A DNA stretch of 64,000 nucleotides from an uncultured Pelagibacteraceae bacterium (GTDB lineage: Bacteria; Pseudomonadota; Alphaproteobacteria; Pelagibacterales; Pelagibacteraceae): NCBI GenBank assembly GCA_902561155.1, contig CACEOY010000005.1:12485-76484 (forward strand), read 5' to 3'. This document shows positions 1 to 10,700 of this stretch, in pieces (within the stretch, counting starts at the first letter, position 1; each line of letters begins with the position of its first letter). The position numbers and the translations under genes were made by a program. The notes under the pieces are model-generated. The model saw only the letters and a list, made by a program, of their open reading frames with translations. It did not search any database and was not told the origin of the DNA.

Positions 1-13
1 TCATTATTAAATT

Positions 14-47
14 AAAAAGGCCCAATATTTTTTGGGCCTTTTTTTTT
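14..47. terminator. Intrinsic, probably bidirectional terminator
   Basis: AAAAAGGCCCAA-tatttt-TTGGGCCTTTTTTTTT: perfect stem with A-tract before and T-tract after. Confidence 0.8.
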
Positions 48-60
48 AGAATAAGGTATC

Positions 61-2397
61 TTGACTAAAATGAATAGAAACATTCAAAGTAAGATAAAAG
101 ACAAAATTCAAGAAGATATTTCTCCAACTCGAAATTTATCAGGTATCCACTTAAAAATAGTTTTTGGAATAGCTATTCTTTGGACATTTTTTCAATTATG
201 GTATGCGTCTCCTTTCCCCTTTTGGTTTAATTTTGGTATGTTCAAAGGCTTGCCTGCTAGAGCAATACATTTGGGTTTTGCATTAACATTAACCTTTTTG
301 ATTTTCCCGGCAATGAGAGGAAAAAAAATTTCAGCATTTGATATATTTATAAGTATTGCTGCAGCATTTTGCTGTTTATATATTTATTTCTTTTATGACG
401 ACCTCGTTAATAGAGGTGGAATACTTTTAATAAAAGAAATATTTGGATTTAAAGTGCCAGTTGAACTAATCATAGGTACTACAGGTATATTAATACTCTT
501 GGAAGCTACTAGGCGAGCAATAGGTTTGCCCTTAGTTATAATTGCAATTTGCTTTCTTTTATTTTCTTATTTTGGAAAATATGCACCTGATATAATCTCT
601 CATGGTGGATTATCCTTAAAACGATTAGTAGGCTTCCAATGGTTTGATCAAGAAGCAATTTTTGGAATACCTATCGGAGTATCGGTAGACTTTATATTTT
701 TATTTGTATTATTTGGAGCACTATTAGAAACTGCAGGTGGAGGAAAATATTTTTTAGATTTAGCTTTTGCAATGGTTGGCAAAATGCGAGGCGGACCCGC
801 AAAAGCGGCCATTCTAGGTTCTGGGATGACAGGTATGATCTCAGGATCATCAATTGCAAACACTGTTACAACAGGAACGTTTACAATTCCTATAATGAAA
901 AAAACTGGTTTTTCGCAAGAGAAAGCAGGAGCGATTGAAGTTTCATCTTCAGTTAATGGTCAAATTATGCCACCGGTAATGGGTGCAGCAGCTTTTGTAA
1001 TGGCAAGTTTTATTGGTGTTACTTATTTTGAAGTTGTTAAACATGCTTTTTTACCAGCAGTTATTTCTTATATTGCTTTATTTTATATATCACATTTAGA
1101 AGCACTTAAATTAGGTCTCAAAGGGATGGATGACGCTGATGTACCACATTTGAAGAAAACTTTTCTATCTGGTTTACATTTTTTAATTCCAATATTTGTT
1201 TTAATTTTTTTACTTGTATATATGAGATACACTGCAGGTTTTTCCATTTTTTATGCAACTTTGTCTTTGATATTAGTAAATTTAGTAAACAGAATTGTTA
1301 AAAATTTAGATTTTAAGACAGGTTTAATTGATTGGTACAATCAGACAATTGTTGGTCTTCAAAAGGGTGCTGTTAACATGGTTGGGGTTGGAATAGCTAT
1401 TGCGACAGCTGGTATAATAGTAGGAGCGGTAGGCTCAACAGGACTGAGCACTAATTTAATCATTGTCATAGAAACAATAGCCAGAGACAACGTAATAATT
1501 TTAATATTACTCACAATTATACTTTGTTTACTTCTAGGAATGGGTCTGCCAACAACTGCTAATTATGTTGTGGTAGCTTCACTTATGGCTACAGTTCTTG
1601 TTGATGTTGGAAATGCTTCTGGCTTTATTTTTCCATTAATAGCAGTTCATTTATTTGTATTTTATTTCGGTTTAATGGCCGATGTGACGCCACCAGTTGG
1701 CTTGGCCTCTTACGCAGCCGCTGCAATTTCTGGAGGTGATCCACTGAGAACTGGACTACAAGCCATTTGGTACAGTTTAAGAACAGGTATTTTGCCCATA
1801 GTATTTTTATTTAATCACGAACTTTTACTAATCGGCGTAGATAATATTTGGCAAGCTCTTATAGTGATTATTACCTCTTTAATTGGGATTTTAGTTTTTA
1901 CTGCTGCCACTCAACAGTGGTTTATTAATAAATTAAAATGGTATGAAATTGTAGCATTTCTGATCATCTCTTTATCTTTTTTGGCTCCCGACTATGTTTT
2001 GGGAAAATTTTATCCAAAATTTAATGAGCAAAAACTTTCAGCCGAAACCATTCAAAATCTCTCATTTGATCCAGCCAAAGAGGTTCATATTAAAGTTACT
2101 AGACTAAGCGAGTACGGTGAAAGATATAAGTTATTTGTCATTGATAAAGAAAAATTTGAAAAAGAATATACATTAGAACAATACGGTGTAACTTTGTCCA
2201 ATCAAAATGATCAACTTACTGTAGATAAATTAAATTGGAAAGGGGAGGCCAAAAAATCAGGAATGCAGATGGGGGACATCATAAGTAATTTTAAAATTGA
2301 AAACCCTGATAGACCAAATAAAGCTATTGTTTACCCTTTCGCTCTTTCACTATTATTAATTTTTGGATATAATAATTACAGACGCAAACTTGAGTGA
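61..2397 (+). CDS. TRAP transporter fused permease (4TM/12TM, TAXI type); true start may be ATG at 70
   Basis: Polytopic membrane protein with GGPAKAAILGS, SGSSIANTVTTG, GQIMPPVMGAAAF, LGMGLPTTANY, ADVTPPVGLASYAAA motifs. Confidence 0.9.
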   Translation: MTKMNRNIQSKIKDKIQEDISPTRNLSGIHLKIVFGIAILWTFFQLWYASPFPFWFNFGMFKGLPARAIHLGFALTLTFLIFPAMRGKKISAFDIFISIAAAFCCLYIYFFYDDLVNRGGILLIKEIFGFKVPVELIIGTTGILILLEATRRAIGLPLVIIAICFLLFSYFGKYAPDIISHGGLSLKRLVGFQWFDQEAIFGIPIGVSVDFIFLFVLFGALLETAGGGKYFLDLAFAMVGKMRGGPAKAAILGSGMTGMISGSSIANTVTTGTFTIPIMKKTGFSQEKAGAIEVSSSVNGQIMPPVMGAAAFVMASFIGVTYFEVVKHAFLPAVISYIALFYISHLEALKLGLKGMDDADVPHLKKTFLSGLHFLIPIFVLIFLLVYMRYTAGFSIFYATLSLILVNLVNRIVKNLDFKTGLIDWYNQTIVGLQKGAVNMVGVGIAIATAGIIVGAVGSTGLSTNLIIVIETIARDNVIILILLTIILCLLLGMGLPTTANYVVVASLMATVLVDVGNASGFIFPLIAVHLFVFYFGLMADVTPPVGLASYAAAAISGGDPLRTGLQAIWYSLRTGILPIVFLFNHELLLIGVDNIWQALIVIITSLIGILVFTAATQQWFINKLKWYEIVAFLIISLSFLAPDYVLGKFYPKFNEQKLSAETIQNLSFDPAKEVHIKVTRLSEYGERYKLFVIDKEKFEKEYTLEQYGVTLSNQNDQLTVDKLNWKGEAKKSGMQMGDIISNFKIENPDRPNKAIVYPFALSLLLIFGYNNYRRKLE

Positions 2398-2403
2398 GAA
2401 ATT

Positions 2404-2556
2404 ATGTTAAAGCAGATTTATAGATGGTTCTGCTATATTGGAATTCACAGATACGATATTATTGATACCAAATATGGTTTTGGCGCTGCAGGTTCTACCG
2501 AGACTGTGAAATGTAAAGATTGTGGCATTGCAAAAATTAGACAAAAAAAAAATTAA
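2404..2556 (+). CDS. 50-aa putative zinc-binding protein (not in ORF track)
   Basis: Manual translation MLKQIYRWFCYIGIHRYDIIDTKYGFGAAGSTETVKCKDCGIAKIRQKKN; C-x2-G-x-H plus CxxCG; begins 6 nt after the TRAP stop. Confidence 0.65.
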   Translation: MLKQIYRWFCYIGIHRYDIIDTKYGFGAAGSTETVKCKDCGIAKIRQKKN

Positions 2557-2610
2557 CCAGCATCATTTAAGCGCAGTTTTTTTAAATCAAAAAGGTTTAT
2601 ATAAAAATTT

Positions 2611-3060
2611 ATGGAAAAAAGAATCTTTATAAAAATGTTTTTTTATAGTATCGCATCTTTATTCTTGCCCTTTAAATTGTTATCTATTGAGAAAAAGATA
2701 ATTAACCCCAATCTTTCTGAAGAACAAAAAAAAATAATGTTTGGTGAAGGAACTGAAAGAGCTGGTACAAGTCCACTTAATTTTGAAAAACGTAAAGGCT
2801 CATATCACTGTGCAAATTGTAATGCTAAATTATTCGAGTCGGTTTCAAAATTTGACAGTGGAACAGGGTGGCCTTCTTTTAACGAGGCTATACCTGGAGC
2901 TTTTAAAACTAAAGTTGACTATTCCTTTGGTATGAAAAGAATTGAGTATCACTGTGCTAAATGTGGCGCTCATCATGGGCACGTCTTTGACGATGGACCA
3001 GGACCAAATGGAAAAAGGTACTGCAATAATGGTCTTTGTTTAATATTTGTACCAGAGTAA
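2611..3060 (+). CDS. msrB: Peptide-methionine (R)-S-oxide reductase MsrB with signal-like N-terminal extension
   Basis: GTERA, CANC, KFDSGTGWPSF, CAKCGAHHGHVFDDGP, RYCNN. Confidence 0.95.
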   Translation: MEKRIFIKMFFYSIASLFLPFKLLSIEKKIINPNLSEEQKKIMFGEGTERAGTSPLNFEKRKGSYHCANCNAKLFESVSKFDSGTGWPSFNEAIPGAFKTKVDYSFGMKRIEYHCAKCGAHHGHVFDDGPGPNGKRYCNNGLCLIFVPE

Positions 3061-3063
3061 CTT

Positions 3064-3765
3064 ATGAAAAACTTAATATTTGTAATCATATTATTTTTTC
3101 TACCACTACAACTTAATTCAACTGCAGAGGTAAATTTTCAACAAAAAAAATTTTATTATGAAAATTTAGTAACTAATTGGCCAAAAATTTTTCCTGATAG
3201 CAATAGAAACGCTGCAGGTCCGAGATTTTTTAAGTATCTTATAGACCAAAATTTAACTTACCAAGAATTTATTGAATATAACAAACTTTACTGTCCAGTT
3301 TCAGGATCACTAATTAATCCTGGACAAAAACCTGTATTTATCAATGTAAAAAATTCAAAAAATAATGAACAAACTTGCGGAAATATTTATCAGTGCTGTT
3401 TACCGTGTTCATGTGATTTAATTAATTACGTTAAAGTAAAAACTATTAATCACAAATTCAAAGATGGAAAAAAGAAAATTAACGTGCTTTTAATAAAAAA
3501 TCCTTGCCAAAAAAAGGATTTTCCTGAAGAAGTTAACAGAAATTATTTTTGTAAAAGTAATGATTTAAATAAAGATGAAGTATTTATAGTTGATAATCAA
3601 CTAGTAGTTGGTTTACTACACTCTGCCAATAAATGTCAGGCAAAGGATTTATCCGCCATAAGTAATAATGAAATGACAGGAAAATTTTGTGCTTTTAAAA
3701 ATCAAATTCCCACCGATAAACTAAACATGGGAATGGGTGATATATTTATAAAAATGGCTAGGTAA
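3064..3765 (+). CDS. Secreted cysteine-rich hypothetical protein
   Basis: Hydrophobic signal peptide; 10 Cys including YCPVSGS and CCLPCSCD. Confidence 0.75.
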   Translation: MKNLIFVIILFFLPLQLNSTAEVNFQQKKFYYENLVTNWPKIFPDSNRNAAGPRFFKYLIDQNLTYQEFIEYNKLYCPVSGSLINPGQKPVFINVKNSKNNEQTCGNIYQCCLPCSCDLINYVKVKTINHKFKDGKKKINVLLIKNPCQKKDFPEEVNRNYFCKSNDLNKDEVFIVDNQLVVGLLHSANKCQAKDLSAISNNEMTGKFCAFKNQIPTDKLNMGMGDIFIKMAR

Positions 3766-3767
3766 AA

Positions 3768-5192
3768 TTACTTTTGAGTATAGGTGTAAGTTTTACCTAC
3801 TTCATTAATTTTATAAGTATTTTCCTCTCCATTAGTCCATCTTATTTTCACTAAAAAATCTTTTTCTTTATCTCTTATGCCATAATGAGCGACAGGTTCC
3901 ATCTGACATAAATAGCCAGATCCAGAGTCAATAGTTTTCGCGTGTTTTCTTTTATTTGAAATTAAGGTAACCGTTGCACCCCTGGCAGGCGCACCATTTT
4001 TATTTAATGGTTTAATTCTAATAAAGTTCTTTTTTTTATCGATATTAGCCTTATATAAAGTTAATTTTTGAAGACCGACTTCTCCATGAGAAATCAACAA
4101 CTCAAGTATTCCATCATTATCTATATCTGCAACTGCTGCACCTGTTCCAAGTCCATTTGGTTCTAATGCAGTTTGAATTGAAATTTCTCTCACTTTTCCG
4201 TTATTTAAAATTTTAAACAGTTTATTAGGTTCACCAATGTTATTCATAAATATTTCATCAAAACCATCGTTATCAAAATCAGCAGAAATTACTGTTCTTA
4301 TTTTTGACGGAGTATTGAATGGTGAAGTTGCGATATCTTCAAAGAAATTTTCTCTTTTAACAAATAGTCTATGATAGCCATCCCAGTTTCCATTAATAAT
4401 ATCCAAATTTCCTCTATATAAAATATCTGAGAGAACAGTTCCCCGACCATTTTGATATGTATCCAGAACTCTTTGAGATGCTGCCATATCAAAATAAATT
4501 CCATCTACATTTTTATAAAGAAAATTACTCCCTCTCTCGTTTGCAGCAAATATATCAATTTTGTTTGATAAAATATGCCCTGAAACTACAGAGCGACCAC
4601 CAGTAATTTTGTCTAATCCTAATTCACTTGCTTTATCAATTATTTTCTTATTAGACATCTCATAAAATCTTGTCGGTCCACCATAATTTGCAACATAAAA
4701 ACCATACATGCCATCACCTTTTCTATCAACACATGCAACTGATCTTCCAGCAGTTAAATTTAGATTTTCTTTATTAATTTTTTGTTCAAACAAATCAATA
4801 TATTTATTATTTTTAAAATCAATTAATCGGTCAGAATATCTTTTTACTCCGCTATAAGTATCAGTATTTAAAAAATAGATTTCTTCGAAACCATCGCCAT
4901 CAATATCGCACGATGCGACACCTATCGTAAGTTTCTCTCTATCTGTAAATACTTTACTCTTTGCTACATTGATTAATTTTCCATTAGCAGAAGATAAAGC
5001 CAAATTTTTATTACCAAATCCAGTTACTATAAATTCATAATTACCATCATTATTAGTATCGGAGACTGCCACTCCGTAACTAAGTCTATCACCCTGATTT
5101 AAAATTTGATTACTAATGTCTTTAAAAAATTCAGATGAATTAGCTAAGTTAAAACTCGCTAAAAAAATTGAGATTAAATATACTAAACGCAT
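3768..5192 (-). CDS. CRTAC1-like FG-GAP repeat / ASPIC-UnbV domain protein, secreted
   Basis: Signal peptide; repeated DxDxDG motifs (DTNNDG, DIDGDG, DFDNDG, DIDNDG); C-terminal GSGYLCQMEPVAHYG...KIRW. Confidence 0.85.
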   Translation of the reverse strand: MRLVYLISIFLASFNLANSSEFFKDISNQILNQGDRLSYGVAVSDTNNDGNYEFIVTGFGNKNLALSSANGKLINVAKSKVFTDREKLTIGVASCDIDGDGFEEIYFLNTDTYSGVKRYSDRLIDFKNNKYIDLFEQKINKENLNLTAGRSVACVDRKGDGMYGFYVANYGGPTRFYEMSNKKIIDKASELGLDKITGGRSVVSGHILSNKIDIFAANERGSNFLYKNVDGIYFDMAASQRVLDTYQNGRGTVLSDILYRGNLDIINGNWDGYHRLFVKRENFFEDIATSPFNTPSKIRTVISADFDNDGFDEIFMNNIGEPNKLFKILNNGKVREISIQTALEPNGLGTGAAVADIDNDGILELLISHGEVGLQKLTLYKANIDKKKNFIRIKPLNKNGAPARGATVTLISNKRKHAKTIDSGSGYLCQMEPVAHYGIRDKEKDFLVKIRWTNGEENTYKINEVGKTYTYTQK

Positions 5193-5200
5193 AGAAAATA

Positions 5201-5578
5201 TTACAATAGTATTTTCCAGGTTCCTGAGGCTGTAGCAACTATTCCTTTAGAATTTAAGATCTTACAATTTATAAAAACTAAAGTTTTTGTTTTTTTAAGT
5301 ATTTCTACTTTTCCTACGAAAATATCACCTTGTTTGCCAGCAGAAATAAATTTTATATCTAAATTTACTGTTACTGATCTTTTGTTACCAGCTGCTATGT
5401 GAGCAGCATTTCCCATACCAGTATCAGCTACAGTTGCAATAAAACCGCCATGGGCGATTTTGCCTGTATTAAGAAATTTTTCCTCTACTTTAATGCTAAA
5501 TTCGTAATTAGTTTCGTCTATCTTTTTAAAAGAAAGATCACCGATATTTTGCATAAAACCTTTTTTAGTTTCGTCCAT
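5201..5578 (-). CDS. PaaI-family hot-dog thioesterase (start refined to ATG at 5578)
   Basis: NTGKIAHGGFIATVADTGMG motif; MDETKKG start minimises overlap with the upstream gene. Confidence 0.85.
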   Translation of the reverse strand: MDETKKGFMQNIGDLSFKKIDETNYEFSIKVEEKFLNTGKIAHGGFIATVADTGMGNAAHIAAGNKRSVTVNLDIKFISAGKQGDIFVGKVEILKKTKTLVFINCKILNSKGIVATASGTWKILL

Positions 5579-6467
5579 ATATTTTTTTACCATAAATTGG
5601 TGCAAGTTGAGAGAAAATAACCGCAGACAATATTATTATAATCCCTAAAACTTTGAACTCATTAAGATATTGATCTAGTAAAATCCATGCCGCGACAGAT
5701 GCAAATACTCCTTCTAGAGAGAAAATTATTGCGGCAGGAGCGGGTGATAGATGTTGTAGCGCTATAATTTGAAGTAAAAATGCCAAGCCACTTGATAGAA
5801 CACCAGCGTACAAAAGCTCACCAGCCTCCAAAGATAAAAGTTTAAAAGAAATGAATTCAATTGAAATTGCAGGCACAGCCGAAAACATTGCTGCGATTAA
5901 ACACTGAAACGCAGCTATAGTTATCGGGTAATTAAATATTTTTAAAAATTTTGATACGTAGACAATATGAAGTGCCCAAAAAAAAGCTCCAATTACTACA
6001 AGAGAGTCTCCAAGTCTTACTCTATAGTTATTTAATTCGCTTAAAAGCAAACCTCCTAATAAACACATAATTACTGCAGGCCAAACAGATTTATGTATTT
6101 TCTTTGAAAAAAGAAAATAAGCTAATACCGGTACTATCACTACATATAAAACAGTGAATACTGCTGAGTTAGCCACATCTGTATAAATTAGAGAAATTTG
6201 TTGAAATATATTTCCTCCTGCTAAAAAAAATCCTAACAAAAGCATATTGAAAATGATGATTTTAAAGTTCGATTTGATTTTCTTTATTTCTTTAAATTCA
6301 AAAATAAAAAAAAAAGGCAATAAAGCAAAAAAACCTAAAAGCAATCTTGCAGCTGAGAAAGTCCAAGGTCCAATGTAATCCATTCCAGTATCTTGTGCTA
6401 TAAAAGCTGTGCCCCACAAAAAAGAGCAAGTGATAGCACAGGTTAAAGCGATGAAATTTTTACTCAT
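5565..6467 (-). CDS. DMT/EamA-family transporter
   Basis: About 10 hydrophobic segments in two EamA-like halves; WGTAFIAQ, FSLEGVFA. Confidence 0.88.
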   Translation of the reverse strand: MSKNFIALTCAITCSFLWGTAFIAQDTGMDYIGPWTFSAARLLLGFFALLPFFFIFEFKEIKKIKSNFKIIIFNMLLLGFFLAGGNIFQQISLIYTDVANSAVFTVLYVVIVPVLAYFLFSKKIHKSVWPAVIMCLLGGLLLSELNNYRVRLGDSLVVIGAFFWALHIVYVSKFLKIFNYPITIAAFQCLIAAMFSAVPAISIEFISFKLLSLEAGELLYAGVLSSGLAFLLQIIALQHLSPAPAAIIFSLEGVFASVAAWILLDQYLNEFKVLGIIIILSAVIFSQLAPIYGKKIYGRN

Positions 6468-6490
6468 GTTCTTTATTATTGTAATTTAAA

Positions 6491-7732
6491 TTAAACGGCA
6501 AGCTTGAAAGCAAAATCTTTACCTAAGCTTTTGTTCAAATGAACACAAAATCTTACACCCTCAGCACCATCTATTATTCTGTGATCATAAGATAAAGAAA
6601 TTGGCAAAATTTTTCTTGAAACTATTTGGCCTTTAATTTTAACGAGCCTATCAAAACTTTTTCCAACGCCTAGAATAGCTACTTCAGGCGGATTAATTAT
6701 AGGTGTAAAAAAAGTTCCACCTATTCCTCCTAAACTGGAAATAGTCATTGATCCGCCAAAAAATTCTTTTTTATTAATTTTTAAATCTCTACACTCTCTA
6801 CTTACTCTTCTTAACTCATGTCCTATTTCTTTTATATTCATTTGGTCAACATCTCTTAACTTTGGAACCATTAATCCGTGAGGTGTATCCACTGCAAAAC
6901 CAACATGATAGTATTTTTTATAAACTATTTTATTTTGTTCAGGATCAATGGAACAATTAAAATTAGGAAAATCTTTTAAAGCATTTACTACTGCCCTAGT
7001 TATAAAAGCTAAAGGTGTTACAGAAATTTTTTCTCCAGTGAAATGATCAAATAATGATGTTCTGAATTGTTCCATTTCCGTAATATCAATTTCATCATGT
7101 TGAGTTACATGCGGTATTTCAGTCCAAGACCTTACTAGTTGAGGCCCTGAAAGCTTTTTTACTCTTGGCATTTCTTTAATCTCAATTTCTCCAAATTCTT
7201 CATGTGAATATTCATCTTTATATTTTTTTGGTTCAACTTTACCCTGATTTACAGATACTTGAGACTTTACGAATTTTTTAACGTCATCTTCTGTTACTCT
7301 CCCCGATCTCTGTGAACCTTGTATTTGAGTTACATTTGCACCAAGTTCTCTTGCAAATTTTCTGACTTTAGGACTAGCTAATTTTACTTCTGATTTAGAC
7401 TGAGTAACTGGCGGAGAAACTGGATCAGGTTTTTTCGACACGACCCCTTTAATTTTATTTTTTTGTATAGGTTTTTCTTTCTCATCTAATTTTGATTCTT
7501 CGTTTACAGTAAGTATAAGATCGCCTTCGCTTACTTTATCACCTATTTTGATTTTAATTTTTTCTATAATTCCATCTGACGTAGAAGGTACCTCTACGCT
7601 AGATTTGTCGCTTTCAATTGTAATTAAAGAGTCATTTTTTTTTATTTTTTGTCCGGCTTTTACCAAAACTTCAATGACTTCAACATCTTTAAAATCACCT
7701 ATGTTTGGAACTAAGATATCTTTAGAGGACAT
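6491..7732 (-). CDS. aceF: Pyruvate dehydrogenase E2, dihydrolipoamide acetyltransferase (one lipoyl domain)
   Basis: Lipoyl ESDKSS, subunit-binding ASPKVRKFARELG, catalytic DHRIIDG. Confidence 0.93.
   Translation of the reverse strand: MSSKDILVPNIGDFKDVEVIEVLVKAGQKIKKNDSLITIESDKSSVEVPSTSDGIIEKIKIKIGDKVSEGDLILTVNEESKLDEKEKPIQKNKIKGVVSKKPDPVSPPVTQSKSEVKLASPKVRKFARELGANVTQIQGSQRSGRVTEDDVKKFVKSQVSVNQGKVEPKKYKDEYSHEEFGEIEIKEMPRVKKLSGPQLVRSWTEIPHVTQHDEIDITEMEQFRTSLFDHFTGEKISVTPLAFITRAVVNALKDFPNFNCSIDPEQNKIVYKKYYHVGFAVDTPHGLMVPKLRDVDQMNIKEIGHELRRVSRECRDLKINKKEFFGGSMTISSLGGIGGTFFTPIINPPEVAILGVGKSFDRLVKIKGQIVSRKILPISLSYDHRIIDGAEGVRFCVHLNKSLGKDFAFKLAV
7677..7699. repeat. 23-nt exact repeat shared by the aceF and aceE lipoyl domains (second copy 10711-10733)
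   Basis: ACTTCAACATCTTTAAAATCACC occurs at both positions. Confidence 0.8.
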
Positions 7733-7733
7733 T

Positions 7734-10700
7734 TTATAATTTCGTTGGAAACACTTTATCTTTATCTATTTTGTATTTTTTAATCGCTTTTTCTGCATGC
7801 TTAGATGCAATTAATTGCTCTTTTGCTAATGCACTTAAGGTATAAGCAACAATATGCTCTTTATCAACTTCAAAAAACTTTCTCAGATTTTTTCTTGTGT
7901 CACTTCTTCCATAACCATCTGTACCAAACGAATAGAAAGATTTGTTTACGTATGGTCTAAGCTGATCTGAAAACGATCTAACATAATCAGACGCTGCAAA
8001 GACAGGGCCTTCCCTTTTGTCTAAACATTTTTCAACGTATGATTTCTTCTTTTTTTCATCAGGATTTAGCAAGTTCCATCTTTCTGTTTCCATACCATCT
8101 TTTCTGAGTTCATTAAAACTTGTGACACTCCAAATATCTGAGTCAATTCCATATTCTTTAGATAGAATTTTAGCAGCAGCCATTACTTCACGCAAGATTG
8201 TACCAGAGCCTAGAAGTTGGACTCTTGTTTTGCCTTTATTTCTTGTCTCTTTTAGTAAATACATTCCTTTTAAAATACCCTCGTCTGCATTTTTAGGTTT
8301 TTCAGGATGAGGATAATTTTCATTCATTGCTGTAATATAATAAAATATATTTTCTTTTTTTTCGTGCATCCTTTTCATTCCGTCTCTTAAAATAACTGCC
8401 ATTTCATAAGCAAAAGTTGGGTCGTAACTAACACAATTAGGTATATTAGATGCCATTAAATGGCTATGACCGTCCTGATGCTGCAGTCCTTCTCCGGCTA
8501 AAGTTGTTCTGCCGGCAGTAGCTCCAATTAGAAAACCTCTAGCTTGCGAGTCTCCGGCTGCCCAAGCCAAATCTCCTACTCTTTGAAATCCAAACATAGA
8601 GTAAAATATATAGATTGGTATCATTTCAATATCGTGGTTTGTGTAAGCTGTACCGGCTGCTATCCAAGAGGACATAGCGCCAGACTCAGTTATACCCTCT
8701 TCTAATACTTGACCACTTTTATCTTCACGGTAAGAACTTAGCTGCTCGGAATCCACTGGCTCATATTTTTGACCTTCATGTGCATATATTCCTATTTTTT
8801 GAAAAAAACCTTCCATACCAAATGTTCTAGCTTCATCAGGAATTATCGGTACTAATCTAGGAGAAACATTTTTATCTCTTAATAGTGCGGTAAGCATTCT
8901 TACAAGCGCCATCGTAGTTGACATTTCTTTTTCACCAGTTGATTTCATGAAATTCTCAAAAATATCTTTTGGAGGAGTTTTAATCGATTTAGCAAACGAT
9001 GTTCTCTCAGGAATAAATCCTCCTAATTTTGCTCTGCAATCTTTTAAATATTTTATTTCTTCAGATTTTTCGTCAGGTCTATAATACTCTATGTCTTTAA
9101 CTTGTTTATCAGTTAATGGGACACCAAATCTGTCTCTGTAGTATAATAAGTCTTCCTCGTCCATTTTTTTTTGCTGATGGGTAGTGTTTATACTTTCACC
9201 TGATTTACCCATTCCATACCCTTTAATAGTTTTAGCAATAATCACTGTTGGCGTTCCTTTATTTTGCATTGCCGCATGATAAGCAGCATATACTTTATGC
9301 GGATCGTGCCCACCTCGGTTTAGTCGCCAGATATCTTTATCAGTCATGGTATAAACTAATTCTTTAAGCTCAGGGTATTTTCCAAAAAAATGTTCTTTTA
9401 CATATGCTCCACCTTTAGCTTTAAAAGCTTGATACTCACCATCAACACATTCATTCATTCTCTTTATCAATAGTCCACTTTTATCTTTTGCTAACAATTT
9501 ATCCCAATATGAACCCCAAATTACTTTGATTACATTCCAACCACTACCTCTAAAGCTTCCCTCAAGTTCTTGAATAATTTTTCCATTTCCCCTTACTGGA
9601 CCATCTAACCTTTGAAGATTACAGTTAATTACAAAAATTAAATTGTCTAATTTTTCCCTTGCTGCCAAACCTATTGCACCCAAAGATTCTGGTTCATCCA
9701 TTTCACCATCACCAAGAAATACCCAAATTTTTCTTCCCTCATCTTTTATCAAGCCTCTATTAATTAAATATTTTAAAAATCTCGCTTGATAGATTCCCAT
9801 GATTGGGCCTAGACCCATTGATACGGTTGGAAACTGCCAAAAGTTTGGCATTAACCACGGATGAGGATAAGAAGATAATCCGTCTTTACCAACCTCTTGT
9901 CTAAAACCATCTAGTTGTTTAGTAGAAAGTCTTCCTTCAAGGAATGCTCTAGCGTACATACCTGGAGCCGAATGCCCTTGGAAATAAACTAGATCACCTC
10001 CAAATTTATTATTTTTTGCTCTCCAAAAATGATTCATTCCGACGTCATATAAAGTTGCAGCTGAAGCAAAAGTTCCAATATGACCACCTAACTCAGAGCT
10101 TTTTTTATTAGCTTTAACAACCATCGCAGCTGCATTCCATCTTATGTAAGCTCTTATTTTTTTCTCAATATTTTGATCTCCGGGAGATTTAACTTCAGTT
10201 TCAGGTGGAATGGTATTGATATATGGTGTTGTTCTAGTATCAGGTAGTACAAGTCCCGCTTTGTAAGCCTGATCAATAACTTTGTTTAACAAATAGCTAG
10301 CTCTTGAAGACCCGTCATTCTCTATTACTGAGTTTAGAGACTCTATCCATTCATTAGTTTCTAATGGATCTATATCGTCTTTGGAGGCGGGTTCTGCAAA
10401 AACTTTTTTAATTTGTTTTAATGGTTGAGACGTAACTATATTCCCATTTGTTTTTGGTTTTTCTTTTTTTACTTCTTTTTGAATTTTTTCTTCTTTTTCT
10501 ATTTCTTTATTTTGAATTTTTTGGTTCTCTTTTGACTCTAAAGTTACCAATAGACTTCCTTCAGATACTTTATCGCCAACTTTTACTTTTAGATCTTTTA
10601 TTTGACCTGCAGATGGAGACGGTATTTCTACACTTGATTTATCACTTTCTATTGTAACTAATGGATCATTTTTATTAATTTGATCTCCAGGTTTTACTAA

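Noticed and set aside
648-863. Antisense and alternative-frame ORFs inside long genes (e.g. 648-863, 8017-8310, 28336-28728, 51740-52186, 52702-53097, 59114-59392)
   Set aside because: They lie wholly within well-supported genes and have no motifs; typical shadow ORFs
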